A DNA stretch of 56,966 nt from a virus. Position 1 is the first letter of the stretch; each line of letters starts with the position of its first letter. This document shows, in pieces, positions 15,548 through 23,639 of the stretch. Where the stretch lies: IMG/VR virus record IMGVR_UViG_3300012078_000003; one strand, given 5' to 3'. Under the pieces are notes generated by a model. It was not told the DNA's origin. It did no database searches and saw only the letters and a list, made by a program, of their open reading frames with translations. Made by a program: the position numbers and the translations under genes.

Positions 15548-16217
15548 CGGAGTGGATGTTGCCAACGTAGACCGCAAATTAAAATCAATACAGGATTTTC
15601 AGGCGCTTGTCCGTTCGCAGTTTAAGGAAAATCTTGATTTTGGCGTTGTTCCAGGCAGCAAAAAACTGTCCATGCTCAAACCCGGCGCGGAAAAAACCCT
15701 GATGCTTTTAGGAATGACGAGCCAATTTGAAAAATCGGAAAGCATCAAAAATTATGAAGATGGATTTGTGTCCTATGACTTTGTTTGCCGCCTTTTTAAA
15801 AACGGTTTTGAAGTTACGCAGGGTTTCGGCACAGCGAACAGTAAGGAGCCGAAATATGCCAGTCAGAATGTGTTTGGAATTGACAACACGCTCATGAAGA
15901 TGGCAAAGAAACGCGCCCTTGTAGACGCTGCCCTGCTTGTCGGGAGCCTGTCGGATATCTTCACCGCCGATATAGAGGACATGGAGGATTTGCAGGGCAA
16001 TAAGGCTAAAGAGTATAAGCAACAGGCCACAGACACAAGCGGCTGCATTTCACAGGCACAGGCCAAGAGAGCGTTTGCAAAAGCGAATGGCAACCAAGAT
16101 ATAGTATCGCAAGCTATGAAATCTCACGGGTATGAAGGCAAAAAATCAACAGATATCCAAAAGATTCATTACGACGCTATTATAAAAGAAATAGAGGACA
16201 TAGTCAATGGTGGATAA
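15504..16217 (+). CDS. Putative single-strand annealing protein (ERF/Sak-like; family not resolved)
   Basis: LKPGAEKTLMLLGM...MKMAKKRALVDAALLVGSLSDIFTAD resembles SSAP C-terminal motifs. Next to the exonuclease. Confidence 0.55.
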   Translation: MNETINQNNMMVAFDGVDVANVDRKLKSIQDFQALVRSQFKENLDFGVVPGSKKLSMLKPGAEKTLMLLGMTSQFEKSESIKNYEDGFVSYDFVCRLFKNGFEVTQGFGTANSKEPKYASQNVFGIDNTLMKMAKKRALVDAALLVGSLSDIFTADIEDMEDLQGNKAKEYKQQATDTSGCISQAQAKRAFAKANGNQDIVSQAMKSHGYEGKKSTDIQKIHYDAIIKEIEDIVNGG

Positions 16218-16668
16218 AATTTCAACAAGAAATCAACCATTATATGGTGCATGGATGGCTATGAGAATGCGATGCAGTAATCCGAATCATCATGCTTATC
16301 ATTTGTATGGCGGGCGAGGAATCCATGTCTGAGATGAATGGGTTAACGATTATAATTCATTCAAATCATGGGCCTTAGAAAATGGATATGCTAGAGGGCT
16401 TGATTTGGACAGAATCGACAATAACAGTGATTATTGTCCCGCAAATTGCCGGTATGTAACCAGAAAAGAAAACAGCAGAAACAGGCGAGGCAACAAGCGA
16501 ATAGATGTAAACGGAGAAATGATGTTGTTAACCGATATAGCAAAGTTAGCCAATGTTTCGCAATGCACCATTACCGATTGGATTCAAAAGGGAATCTTGC
16601 ACCAAAAGCTGCGAGACGGAAAATCTTATTCATATATCAACGGCAAAAGAGTGAGCAAATCTGCTTAA
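16207..16668 (+). pseudogene. HNH-type homing-endonuclease paralog with an in-frame TGA (16330-16332)
   Basis: YGGRGIHV-stop-DEW, where relatives as I recall them carry YGGRGI.VC..W. The in-window paralog 55553-56014 has [12 protein letters not shown], with no Cys at this position. LDRIDNNSDYCPANCRYVTRKENSRN continues in frame. Confidence 0.7.
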
Positions 16669-16679
16669 TTGTAGGAGGA

Positions 16680-17360
16680 ATGGGGGTGACTATTAAAGGC
16701 TATATCTACGAGTATGACGAAGAAACCTTGACAATAGTCGCCCCTTTTTCTGATAGGTATTTGCTGGACAAAAGGCAGATAACCGAGTGCGAAATCCGTC
16801 TTGACGATGGCCGCACGATCAGCGCACAGCAGCGAAAACACATATATGCTACGCTCCGCGATATAGCTGATTATACGGGTTACAGAATGAGCGGTAAAGG
16901 CGATTTAGATGAAATCAAAGCAGTGATGAAATATAGTTTTATTGCCGCTACTGGCAGCGACTATTTTTCGCTATCAGATTGTGACATGACTACAGCAAAT
17001 GAATTTCTGAACTATCTCATAGACTTCTGCTTAGAGCACGATATACCCACGCTGGATAGCCTGCTGGAGCGCTCACCGGACATATCGCGGTATCTGTATT
17101 CATGCCTCGCAAATAAGCGGTGCGCCCTGTGCGGGAAGAAGGCGGAACTGCACCACGCCGATCATGTGGGAACTGGACGCAACCGCAAGGAAATCATGCA
17201 CATAGGCATGAGGGCCGAGGCTCTTTGCCGTATTCATCACACGGAATGCCATAATACCGGGCAGCAGACATTTTACAGCAAGCATCATATTTACGGGATC
17301 AAGTTGGATAAATACCTTTGCGAAATCTTGAAACTTAAAGGGAGAAAAGACGATGATTGA
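16680..17360 (+). CDS. HNH-motif protein (DUF968-like)
   Basis: AGGAGG SD. CALCGKKAELHHADHVGTGRNRKEIMH...CRIHHTECHN. Confidence 0.75.
   Translation: MGVTIKGYIYEYDEETLTIVAPFSDRYLLDKRQITECEIRLDDGRTISAQQRKHIYATLRDIADYTGYRMSGKGDLDEIKAVMKYSFIAATGSDYFSLSDCDMTTANEFLNYLIDFCLEHDIPTLDSLLERSPDISRYLYSCLANKRCALCGKKAELHHADHVGTGRNRKEIMHIGMRAEALCRIHHTECHNTGQQTFYSKHHIYGIKLDKYLCEILKLKGRKDDD
17319..17342 (+). repeat. 24-nt direct repeat, copy 1 (3' end of the HNH-motif gene)
   Basis: TGCGAAATCTTGAAACTTAAAGGG versus copy 2 with one mismatch. Confidence 0.85.
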
Positions 17361-17523
17361 TAGAGTTTATGGAAAATTTGAATTGTCCTGCGACGTTTGC
17401 GGTGAACCGGCTGACGAAAGGTTTGATAGTTTTCAAGATGCGGTGGATCACAAGAAATCTGAGGGATGGAAGTCGCAAAGATGCGGTGATGTGTGGCAGG
17501 ATACTTGCCCTAATTGCCAATAA
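17353..17523 (+). CDS. Small zinc-finger-like protein (56 aa)
   Basis: ATG 17353. ...CDVCGEPADE...DTCPNCQ. Flanked by the 24-nt repeats. Confidence 0.5.
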   Translation: MIDRVYGKFELSCDVCGEPADERFDSFQDAVDHKKSEGWKSQRCGDVWQDTCPNCQ

Positions 17524-17528
17524 ATTAT

Positions 17529-17552
17529 TGCGAAATCCTGAAACTTAAAGGG
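17529..17552 (+). repeat. 24-nt direct repeat, copy 2
   Basis: TGCGAAATCCTGAAACTTAAAGGG, 210 nt after copy 1. Confidence 0.85.
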
Positions 17553-17559
17553 CGGTGAT

Positions 17560-18366
17560 GTGGTGGGCAGAAATCCGAAAGAGGGTTTAGACTACTTTCT
17601 TTTGGATTGTGCATTGGACGATAAGTTTCGACTGGTGGAGGCTGAATTTGGCTTGACAGGGTTTGGCGTAGTCGTTAAATTGCTTCAAAAAATATATGGG
17701 CAATGCGGTTACTACGTTGAATGGACAAATGAGGTTGCGCTTTTGTTTGCCGCTGATTGTCGGTTGGGTGGGAGCGTCGTTTCTGAAATAGTGTCGGCCT
17801 CCATTAAAAGAGGGATTTTTGACGGTGAAATCTTTGAAAAGTATCTGGTATTGACTTCAAAAGGCATACAAAAACGATACTTGGAAGCGGTCAAGCGCAG
17901 GAAGATTTTGACGCTCACAAAACAATACCTCTTGGTTGATGTCGCCCAAATTCTTGATAATGATAACATTAATGTCATTTATGTTTACATAAATCAAGAA
18001 AATGTATGCAACAATCCACAGAGTAGAGTAGAGAAGAGTAAAGTAAAGAAGAGTAAAGAAGATATAGGCGGCAAACCGCCCAAACCTCTCAAAAAGAAAT
18101 TTGAACCACCTACCTCCGAAGAAGTCAAAGCCTACTGTGTCGAGCGAGGAAAGGGCGTTGACGGTCAAAAGGTTTGGGATTACTACAATGCAATGGAGTG
18201 GGTAGACACAAACGGAAAGCCTGTTGAGCGGTGGAAAGGTAAAGTGATTTCAGTTTGGGAAAAAGATAATGCGTCGAAACAGCAAAAAACCAACACCAAT
18301 TCTAAGAGCCCATCTTATGACATATCTGAAATTGAAAATTTGATTGAAAAAGAAGGCATTTTTTAA
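17560..18366 (+). CDS. Replication organizer (DUF4373 N-domain + DnaD-like C-terminal region)
   Basis: GLDYFLLDCALDDKFRLVEAEFGLTGFGVVVKLLQKIY. C-terminal WDYYNAMEW..GKPV..WKGKV. Confidence 0.8.
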   Translation: MVGRNPKEGLDYFLLDCALDDKFRLVEAEFGLTGFGVVVKLLQKIYGQCGYYVEWTNEVALLFAADCRLGGSVVSEIVSASIKRGIFDGEIFEKYLVLTSKGIQKRYLEAVKRRKILTLTKQYLLVDVAQILDNDNINVIYVYINQENVCNNPQSRVEKSKVKKSKEDIGGKPPKPLKKKFEPPTSEEVKAYCVERGKGVDGQKVWDYYNAMEWVDTNGKPVERWKGKVISVWEKDNASKQQKTNTNSKSPSYDISEIENLIEKEGIF

Positions 18367-18509
18367 TGCAGCACCTAATCGTTCCCGGACGCCTCCCCGG
18401 ATGGAACCAACTCAACACCGGCCGACGCTGGGCAGATCGTGCAACAAAACAGGAGGCAATGGATATTGTCGGTTGGGAAATTAAGCGGCAGCACATAAAG
18501 AAGAGGTGA
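18366..18509 (+). pseudogene. rusA: RusA-like resolvase, N-terminal fragment (47 codons)
   Basis: LIVPGRLPGWNQLN...VGWEIKRQ matches RusA-like N-termini. Ends at TGA 18507. Confidence 0.55.
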
Positions 18510-19463
18510 ATTGACATAGAAAAATGGAATAACGAAAGTATAGAAATTCTTAAGCAATGCTATACGGAAAAGAAATCTCTTGAGGAAATATCAAAAATAC
18601 TAAATCGTTCTATTGGTTCAATAAGAAATAAGGCATGGAGATTGGGGATTGGCAATTCCAATTGGTGGACGGAAGAAGAAGTCCAATATTTAAGAGATAA
18701 CTATAAAAGCTATAATTTACAGGAGGTATCAGAATATTTAGGAAGAAGAAAAACAGACGTATGCAAAAAGGCCAAAGAGTTAGGAATTGAAAAAAATCAT
18801 AAAAAGATAGAAAATCCAAAAGGAAAAACTCCTTGGCGAATTAAATATGCGCACTTAAAGAAAAGCCCAGAGGAAATATTTGCAATTCGCTCGCGGAACA
18901 CAAGAAATAATCAAGCTAAATATGGGCATCCTCGCGGAATGCTGGGAAAATCCCATTCAGAGGATTTTAAGCAAAACGCAAGCGAGAGGTCAAAGAAATA
19001 TTGGAGCGAAATCACTGATCAGCAGTTAGAGGATAGAAGACTAAAACAACGAGCAACCAAAATCAAAAACAATTCGTTAAATCCTATGCCAAATCAATCA
19101 AATCCATATTCCCGAACTAAAAGCGGTAAAAGACAGGACTTGAATAATACATATTTCAGAAGCTCATGGGAAGCAAATATCGCGCGATATTTTAATTTCG
19201 TCGGAATCAAATGGGAATACGAGCCTAAGACTTTTATTTTCGATACCATAAAACGCGGAAGTGTGTCGTATACTCCTGACTTTTATTTGCCGGAAGAGGA
19301 TAGATGGGTGGAAGTAAAGGGTTGGATGGATCAAAAAAGCATTACAAAACTTAAAAGATTTCAAAAATATTATCCAGAAGAATTTTCAAAACTTGAGATT
19401 ATTGGCGCAGAGGAATATAAGGCTTACAAGAAATATGAAAGACTGATTCCGGGATGGGAATAG
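18510..19463 (+). CDS. Inserted selfish nuclease gene: two SANT/Myb-like HTH repeats + PD-(D/E)XK (TnsA/Vsr-like) domain
   Basis: SSWEANIARYF...YTPDFYLPEEDRWVEVKGW. First canonical start is TTG 18642, but repeat 1 (IEKWNNESIEILKQ..) lies upstream in frame. Visibly A+T-rich. Confidence 0.7.
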   Translation: MDIEKWNNESIEILKQCYTEKKSLEEISKILNRSIGSIRNKAWRLGIGNSNWWTEEEVQYLRDNYKSYNLQEVSEYLGRRKTDVCKKAKELGIEKNHKKIENPKGKTPWRIKYAHLKKSPEEIFAIRSRNTRNNQAKYGHPRGMLGKSHSEDFKQNASERSKKYWSEITDQQLEDRRLKQRATKIKNNSLNPMPNQSNPYSRTKSGKRQDLNNTYFRSSWEANIARYFNFVGIKWEYEPKTFIFDTIKRGSVSYTPDFYLPEEDRWVEVKGWMDQKSITKLKRFQKYYPEEFSKLEIIGAEEYKAYKKYERLIPGWE

Positions 19464-19464
19464 C

Positions 19465-19581
19465 TGCGGGATTATCCGCAACGATAACTGGCGGTGGCTA
19501 TTAGATACCCCGGCGACCATAGAGTACGACAAGAAGAATCCTAGAGTGGAAATCAAAATTGAACCGGAGGAATTAGGATGA
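19465..19581 (+). pseudogene. rusA: RusA-like resolvase, C-terminal fragment
   Basis: GIIRNDNWRWL...YDKKNPRVEIKIEP matches RusA-like C-termini. No start codon. Different frame from the N fragment. Confidence 0.55.
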
Positions 19582-19754
19582 AGCAATATTGCATAGGTTG
19601 TAGATTTTCGGATTGTGAGCGCGATGCAATCACAGGTGAAATCATTTGGGAGGGTTGCGACGTTGGTAGGAACTGTGTTTATGGCAGTGAATACATGCCA
19701 AGGGAAACTTCGGAACGCTTGCAGGCGGCCTCACAGACGAGAATGGAGGATTGA
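19578..19754 (+). CDS. Small Cys-rich protein (58 aa)
   Basis: GGAGG SD then ATG 19578. MKQYCIGCRFSDCE... Confidence 0.5.
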   Translation: MKQYCIGCRFSDCERDAITGEIIWEGCDVGRNCVYGSEYMPRETSERLQAASQTRMED

Positions 19755-19755
19755 A

Positions 19756-20097
19756 ATGAACGGCGTTATGTTGATCGAAGACGCTCTAAAAATCGTTGCA
19801 AGAAACATCGAGGATTATTATAGAAAAAAAGCTCCTAATGGTGCGTGGTGCATATCAACCGTACTGGGTGCGGCTGAACAGTTTGCGGCAATGCGGGAGG
19901 AAGTCGCCGCGCTGAAATCAGAGAATGATCAGCTAAAGGAAATTATTCGCATGGTGGACGGAGCGTGCGGATATTGCAGGTATTGTGATTCTGATGGAAA
20001 TAGCGACAGTGGTTCTGATTTTTGCAATAGCTGCATTGAAGGAGAAAACAATAATTGGCAATTGCGCGGATTGGAGGGCAATCATGAGCAGAATTGA
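19756..20097 (+). CDS. Hypothetical protein with coiled coil and Cys cluster
   Basis: GGAGG SD then ATG 19756. ...CGYCRYCDSDGN..CNSC. Confidence 0.65.
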   Translation: MNGVMLIEDALKIVARNIEDYYRKKAPNGAWCISTVLGAAEQFAAMREEVAALKSENDQLKEIIRMVDGACGYCRYCDSDGNSDSGSDFCNSCIEGENNNWQLRGLEGNHEQN

Positions 20098-20350
20098 GGA
20101 AATTCGGGAGAAAACTAGAAATACTCGAAAAATCAAGGAATTATCATCTGGTGAAATTACGCAGTCCATACTTGATAAAGAATTTCTGCTATCCGAATAT
20201 GACCGTCTGAGCGCCGAGCTTGAAAAAGCCTGGAAGCAAGTCCATGAGGAAATCGCGCTGGAAATAGAGCAGGTAAAGCGGATTGAGTTGTTGGAGGCCG
20301 AGCTTTCGGGATACCGGGAGGGGATGAAAGGAACTTATGGGATTTTATGA
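20084..20350 (+). CDS. Hypothetical coiled-coil protein
   Basis: ATG 20084 within track ORF 19985-20350. Confidence 0.6.
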   Translation: MSRIEEIREKTRNTRKIKELSSGEITQSILDKEFLLSEYDRLSAELEKAWKQVHEEIALEIEQVKRIELLEAELSGYREGMKGTYGIL

Positions 20351-20708
20351 AAGATATGGAAGAATGGATGATATCCGGGCAAAGGTAAACAAGATTATGA
20401 TATCCGGCCTACTTGATGGTGAACCATATGGTAACGTCAAGGAATACATATGGCTTTTGGAAAACGAGCTTGTGGGGTATCTTGAATTGGAGAATCCGGA
20501 GTTATTTAATCCAGAGGAACTGGAGGAGATGATTGGAGAGCCAATATATATAATAAATCAATCGGAACATCAACAAAATTGCCGGAGCTGCTGGGAAATT
20601 ATATCAAATATTTCCGATGGCACTCTATATCCAAAAGGTGCTGATTATTGCTATAGACTTGATGATTATGGACGAACATGGACCGCCCTTACATGGAATA
20701 AAAAATAA
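20337..20708 (+). CDS. Hypothetical protein (123 aa)
   Basis: Track ORF. Confidence 0.65.
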   Translation: MGFYERYGRMDDIRAKVNKIMISGLLDGEPYGNVKEYIWLLENELVGYLELENPELFNPEELEEMIGEPIYIINQSEHQQNCRSCWEIISNISDGTLYPKGADYCYRLDDYGRTWTALTWNKK

Positions 20709-20754
20709 GAATACAATCAGAAAATTCTATATCGAAATAATCAAGGGGAAAAAT

Positions 20755-21450
20755 ATGAAATACATGGGCAGCAAAAGCCGGACCGCAAAATATATTGTGC
20801 CAATTATCCAACATTATGTTCAGAAAAGCGGCATATATTGGGAGCCATTTGTCGGAGGGGCAAATATCATCGACAAAATCTCCGCACCGGCACGCAATGG
20901 CAGTGATATCAGCCGGCACCTAATCGCGCTGCTACGCCACGTCCAGTCCGGCGGGGAATTGCCTGACGAGATCAACTGGGAACAGTACGCGGCGGTTCGC
21001 AGCAATAATGACGCATACTCAGATTGGTACGTGGGCTGCGTCGGTTTCCTGGCATCGTACAATGGCCGCTTTTTCGACGGCGGGTACGCGGGCACGGTAC
21101 ATACTAAGGCCGGAACCGTCCGGGACTACTACGACGAGGCAAAGCGCAATTTGCTGAACCAGATGCTTGATGGCATTGAATTCAGTTGCTCCGATTACCG
21201 CACACACAATCCCACAGGCCTCGTGATCTATTGCGACCCGCCATTTTATGGCACAAAACAATTCAGAGATGGATTTGATCACGCGAAATTTTGGAATATA
21301 ATGCGCGAATGGAGCCGCCACAATATTGTACTGATTAGCGAGCAGTCCGCGCCGGAGGATTTCAAGTGCATCTGGGAACAGCCGGTTACGCGGACGATCG
21401 ACAATACCAAGCGGGTGCGCGTAGCGGAGAGGTTGTTTATTAAGGCATAG
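20755..21450 (+). CDS. dam: DNA N6-adenine methyltransferase (Dam/D12 class)
   Basis: MKYMGSKSR...EPFVGGANI...VIYCDPPFYG. Confidence 0.88.
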   Translation: MKYMGSKSRTAKYIVPIIQHYVQKSGIYWEPFVGGANIIDKISAPARNGSDISRHLIALLRHVQSGGELPDEINWEQYAAVRSNNDAYSDWYVGCVGFLASYNGRFFDGGYAGTVHTKAGTVRDYYDEAKRNLLNQMLDGIEFSCSDYRTHNPTGLVIYCDPPFYGTKQFRDGFDHAKFWNIMREWSRHNIVLISEQSAPEDFKCIWEQPVTRTIDNTKRVRVAERLFIKA

Positions 21451-21557
21451 TCAGCCTGGACGGACACAACAATCACCTGCTCGGATTGCGGGAATGCGTG
21501 AGAGATCAGTGGAACCAAACTAAACGCCGCGCGGAAGAATGGATTGGAGGATTAATT

Positions 21558-21773
21558 ATGTGTAATTGTAGGCAACAAATGATTGATAAATTCAAAGAGC
21601 TCATTCCTGGCGCTGAATCCATAACAGGGCAATACGAAATGCTTTCCGGTCGGTCATATTCGGACTACGATATTAAAATGCCCGGCAAAAAGAAGCCCGA
21701 GAAGAAAATGCTTCTGCACTCATACTGCCCGCATTGTGGTAAGCCTTACGAGGCGAAGGAGGGAACGGTATGA
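21558..21773 (+). CDS. Small zinc-ribbon protein
   Basis: GGAGG SD. MCNC...CPHCG. Confidence 0.6.
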   Translation: MCNCRQQMIDKFKELIPGAESITGQYEMLSGRSYSDYDIKMPGKKKPEKKMLLHSYCPHCGKPYEAKEGTV

Positions 21774-22036
21774 GACTTGTTAATGCAGATGCACTGATAA
21801 AGCGATTTGACGGTTACAAAAAGGATTGTGAACAAGAGAACGATGAGATCGCCGCGCAAATGTTTAACGATTGCATTGCAGAAATTGAGGACGCGCCCAC
21901 AGTTGATGCGGTGCCGGCAGTTCATGGGGAATGGATAAAAGGCTATGTGTGTAATCAATGTTTCAAACATAACTGCGGAGGATTGCAGCCGTATTGTCCC
22001 AATTGCGGCGCGAAGATGGAGAGGGAGGAAAAGTGA
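21770..22036 (+). CDS. Hypothetical protein with C-terminal zinc ribbon
   Basis: ATGA overlap. CNQC...CPNCG. Confidence 0.65.
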   Translation: MRLVNADALIKRFDGYKKDCEQENDEIAAQMFNDCIAEIEDAPTVDAVPAVHGEWIKGYVCNQCFKHNCGGLQPYCPNCGAKMEREEK

Positions 22037-22347
22037 TGAACACAGCAATAATGAAGAATTGGAGCGTTACATCTAATCAAAATGGTTTTATTGCACCAGA
22101 ATTACAGCGCTATATGTTGCAAGGTGATATTTACGAGGACAGCCGCGGATTCTTCCCGGATGGTTCACAGGTACATACTTCTTCGATAAGAGATATCAGG
22201 GATTGCGGGACGCATAAGATTGTCGCAACCTCCAGAACCGAATACAAAGTGTTTCCAGATGATGTTGACCCGGAATATGAAAAAGCATTTCCCGGTGCAT
22301 ATGAGCGACTAAGCATGTTGGCCAACGATCTCGAACGCGGAAGATAG
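22036..22347 (+). CDS. Hypothetical protein (103 aa)
   Basis: ATG 22036 overlaps the upstream stop. Confidence 0.65.
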   Translation: MNTAIMKNWSVTSNQNGFIAPELQRYMLQGDIYEDSRGFFPDGSQVHTSSIRDIRDCGTHKIVATSRTEYKVFPDDVDPEYEKAFPGAYERLSMLANDLERGR

Positions 22348-22360
22348 GGAGGAATGAACG

Positions 22361-22669
22361 GTGTCAATCACTGGCAAAACAATAACGGTTGGACGGGCAG
22401 AATACGACAGAATCAAAACTTTCGGAAATGTAGTTATTCGTTGCAAACAAACAGGAGAATACACCTTATACGGAAATAGGTTTGGAGAAGTTGTCATTGA
22501 GGATGGATTGGCACCTTATTGTCCGGAATGCGGCAGTGGCGAATGGATGAAAAACGAAGATGAAGGCTTGAACAATTACTGTGGACAATGCGGAACAAAA
22601 TTAGATTGGGGTCGATTATCGCCCAACGAAGACAGGGTTTCAAGCAATCCAGAACAGACGAGGGAATGA
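22361..22669 (+). CDS. Zinc-ribbon protein
   Basis: GGGAGG SD, GTG start. CPECG...CGQCG. Confidence 0.65.
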   Translation: MSITGKTITVGRAEYDRIKTFGNVVIRCKQTGEYTLYGNRFGEVVIEDGLAPYCPECGSGEWMKNEDEGLNNYCGQCGTKLDWGRLSPNEDRVSSNPEQTRE

Positions 22670-22721
22670 AAATTGACGCGCGGCAATCCCGAATGCGGAA
22701 AATGAGAGGCGAGGTGAAAAT

Positions 22722-22895
22722 ATGGAACAGTTTTTTGATAAAGATTTATTCAAAGAAACTATTGGCGATATTATCATGAAAGAATTTAAGGGCTGGACAC
22801 TCACAGATGATTCGGACGGCCATGTTTGCGACCATGAAACATTTGCCTCCGAAATAGTTTATGAGATTATGCGGGAGTTGTTTCCGAGAAAATAG
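22722..22895 (+). CDS. Hypothetical protein (57 aa)
   Basis: GAGGTGA SD. Translated by hand: MEQFFDKDLFKE... Confidence 0.5.
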   Translation: MEQFFDKDLFKETIGDIIMKEFKGWTLTDDSDGHVCDHETFASEIVYEIMRELFPRK

Positions 22896-22911
22896 GACGA
22901 GGTGATGTAGT

Positions 22912-23187
22912 ATGAGCGAGATATTGAAAAGCAAAAATGTCATTACCAGAAAACCGCATGATTGCTTTGGATGCAATAAAACATATCCTCCTACCACAAG
23001 CATGAAAAGGCAATCCATAAAAGATGGGAAAACCGTATTTACTTCATATCTATGCGAGACTTGCCAAGAAGTCGTTGCCAGAACATTTGAATATGGGGAT
23101 GAGTTTGGTGAGGGTGAGGTACGCAACGGCGATCCGGAATATTGGGATGGGGTAAATCAAGAGTTGCGGGAGGGCGATGTAGATTGA
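22912..23187 (+). CDS. Hypothetical Cys-containing protein
   Basis: GAGGTGATG SD region. Track ORF. Confidence 0.65.
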   Translation: MSEILKSKNVITRKPHDCFGCNKTYPPTTSMKRQSIKDGKTVFTSYLCETCQEVVARTFEYGDEFGEGEVRNGDPEYWDGVNQELREGDVD

Positions 23188-23630
23188 CAGCGAATAAAAG
23201 CCTGAAAGACCGATTTGAGCAATATGTATATTTAGGGCTGGCTATTGAGAGATTAGAGCATAAGATAAACGAAGCGTATGGATCTCACTTCCGATGTAGC
23301 GTGCAATCATCTAATGGCCCAGGATATACCCTCATAAACGAATCAATAGGAGGATATGACAATATTGGGCACGCTCAAGAGCGAATACAGGAAATGCGAT
23401 CAGAGGTTTTTGAGTTTGGAACAGAAATGGATCAAGTGGAAAAGATTATTGATTCAATACCCGACCTAAGAACCAGACAAATAATGAGTTTAAGATATTT
23501 GGATGGGAAGCGCTGGCGGGATGTAGTGGCATCGTTGGGACACCGAGAATCGGAAAGCAGCGTAAAGATGGTTGCGAAAAGATTTTTTGAAACTTGTGAC
23601 GAATGTGACCAATGTGACGAAACGGCATAG
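23184..23630 (+). CDS. Sigma-70 region-4-like late transcription regulator
   Basis: IDSIPDLRTRQIMSLRYLDGKRWRDVVASLG...SSVKMVAKRFFE. TTG 23184 after GGGAGGG. Last gene before the packaging region. Confidence 0.65.
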   Translation: MTANKSLKDRFEQYVYLGLAIERLEHKINEAYGSHFRCSVQSSNGPGYTLINESIGGYDNIGHAQERIQEMRSEVFEFGTEMDQVEKIIDSIPDLRTRQIMSLRYLDGKRWRDVVASLGHRESESSVKMVAKRFFETCDECDQCDETA

Positions 23631-23639
23631 TAAAATTAA

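Noticed and set aside
16330-18509. Genome-wide TGA reassignment (code 4/25-like), suggested by in-frame TGAs at 16330 and 18507
   Set aside because: Many well-defined genes end at TGA with tight ATGA/TGATG coupling to the next start (for example 13206-13208, 17358-17360, 23185-23187). TGA clearly functions as a stop, and the two cases are better explained as a point-mutated pseudogene and an insertion boundary.
18366-19581. Intein or group I intron within the RusA-like gene
   Set aside because: The insert is separated from both flanks by stop codons, and the C fragment is in another frame, so it is not an intein. About 30 codons of the host gene are missing, which is inconsistent with a cleanly splicing intron.
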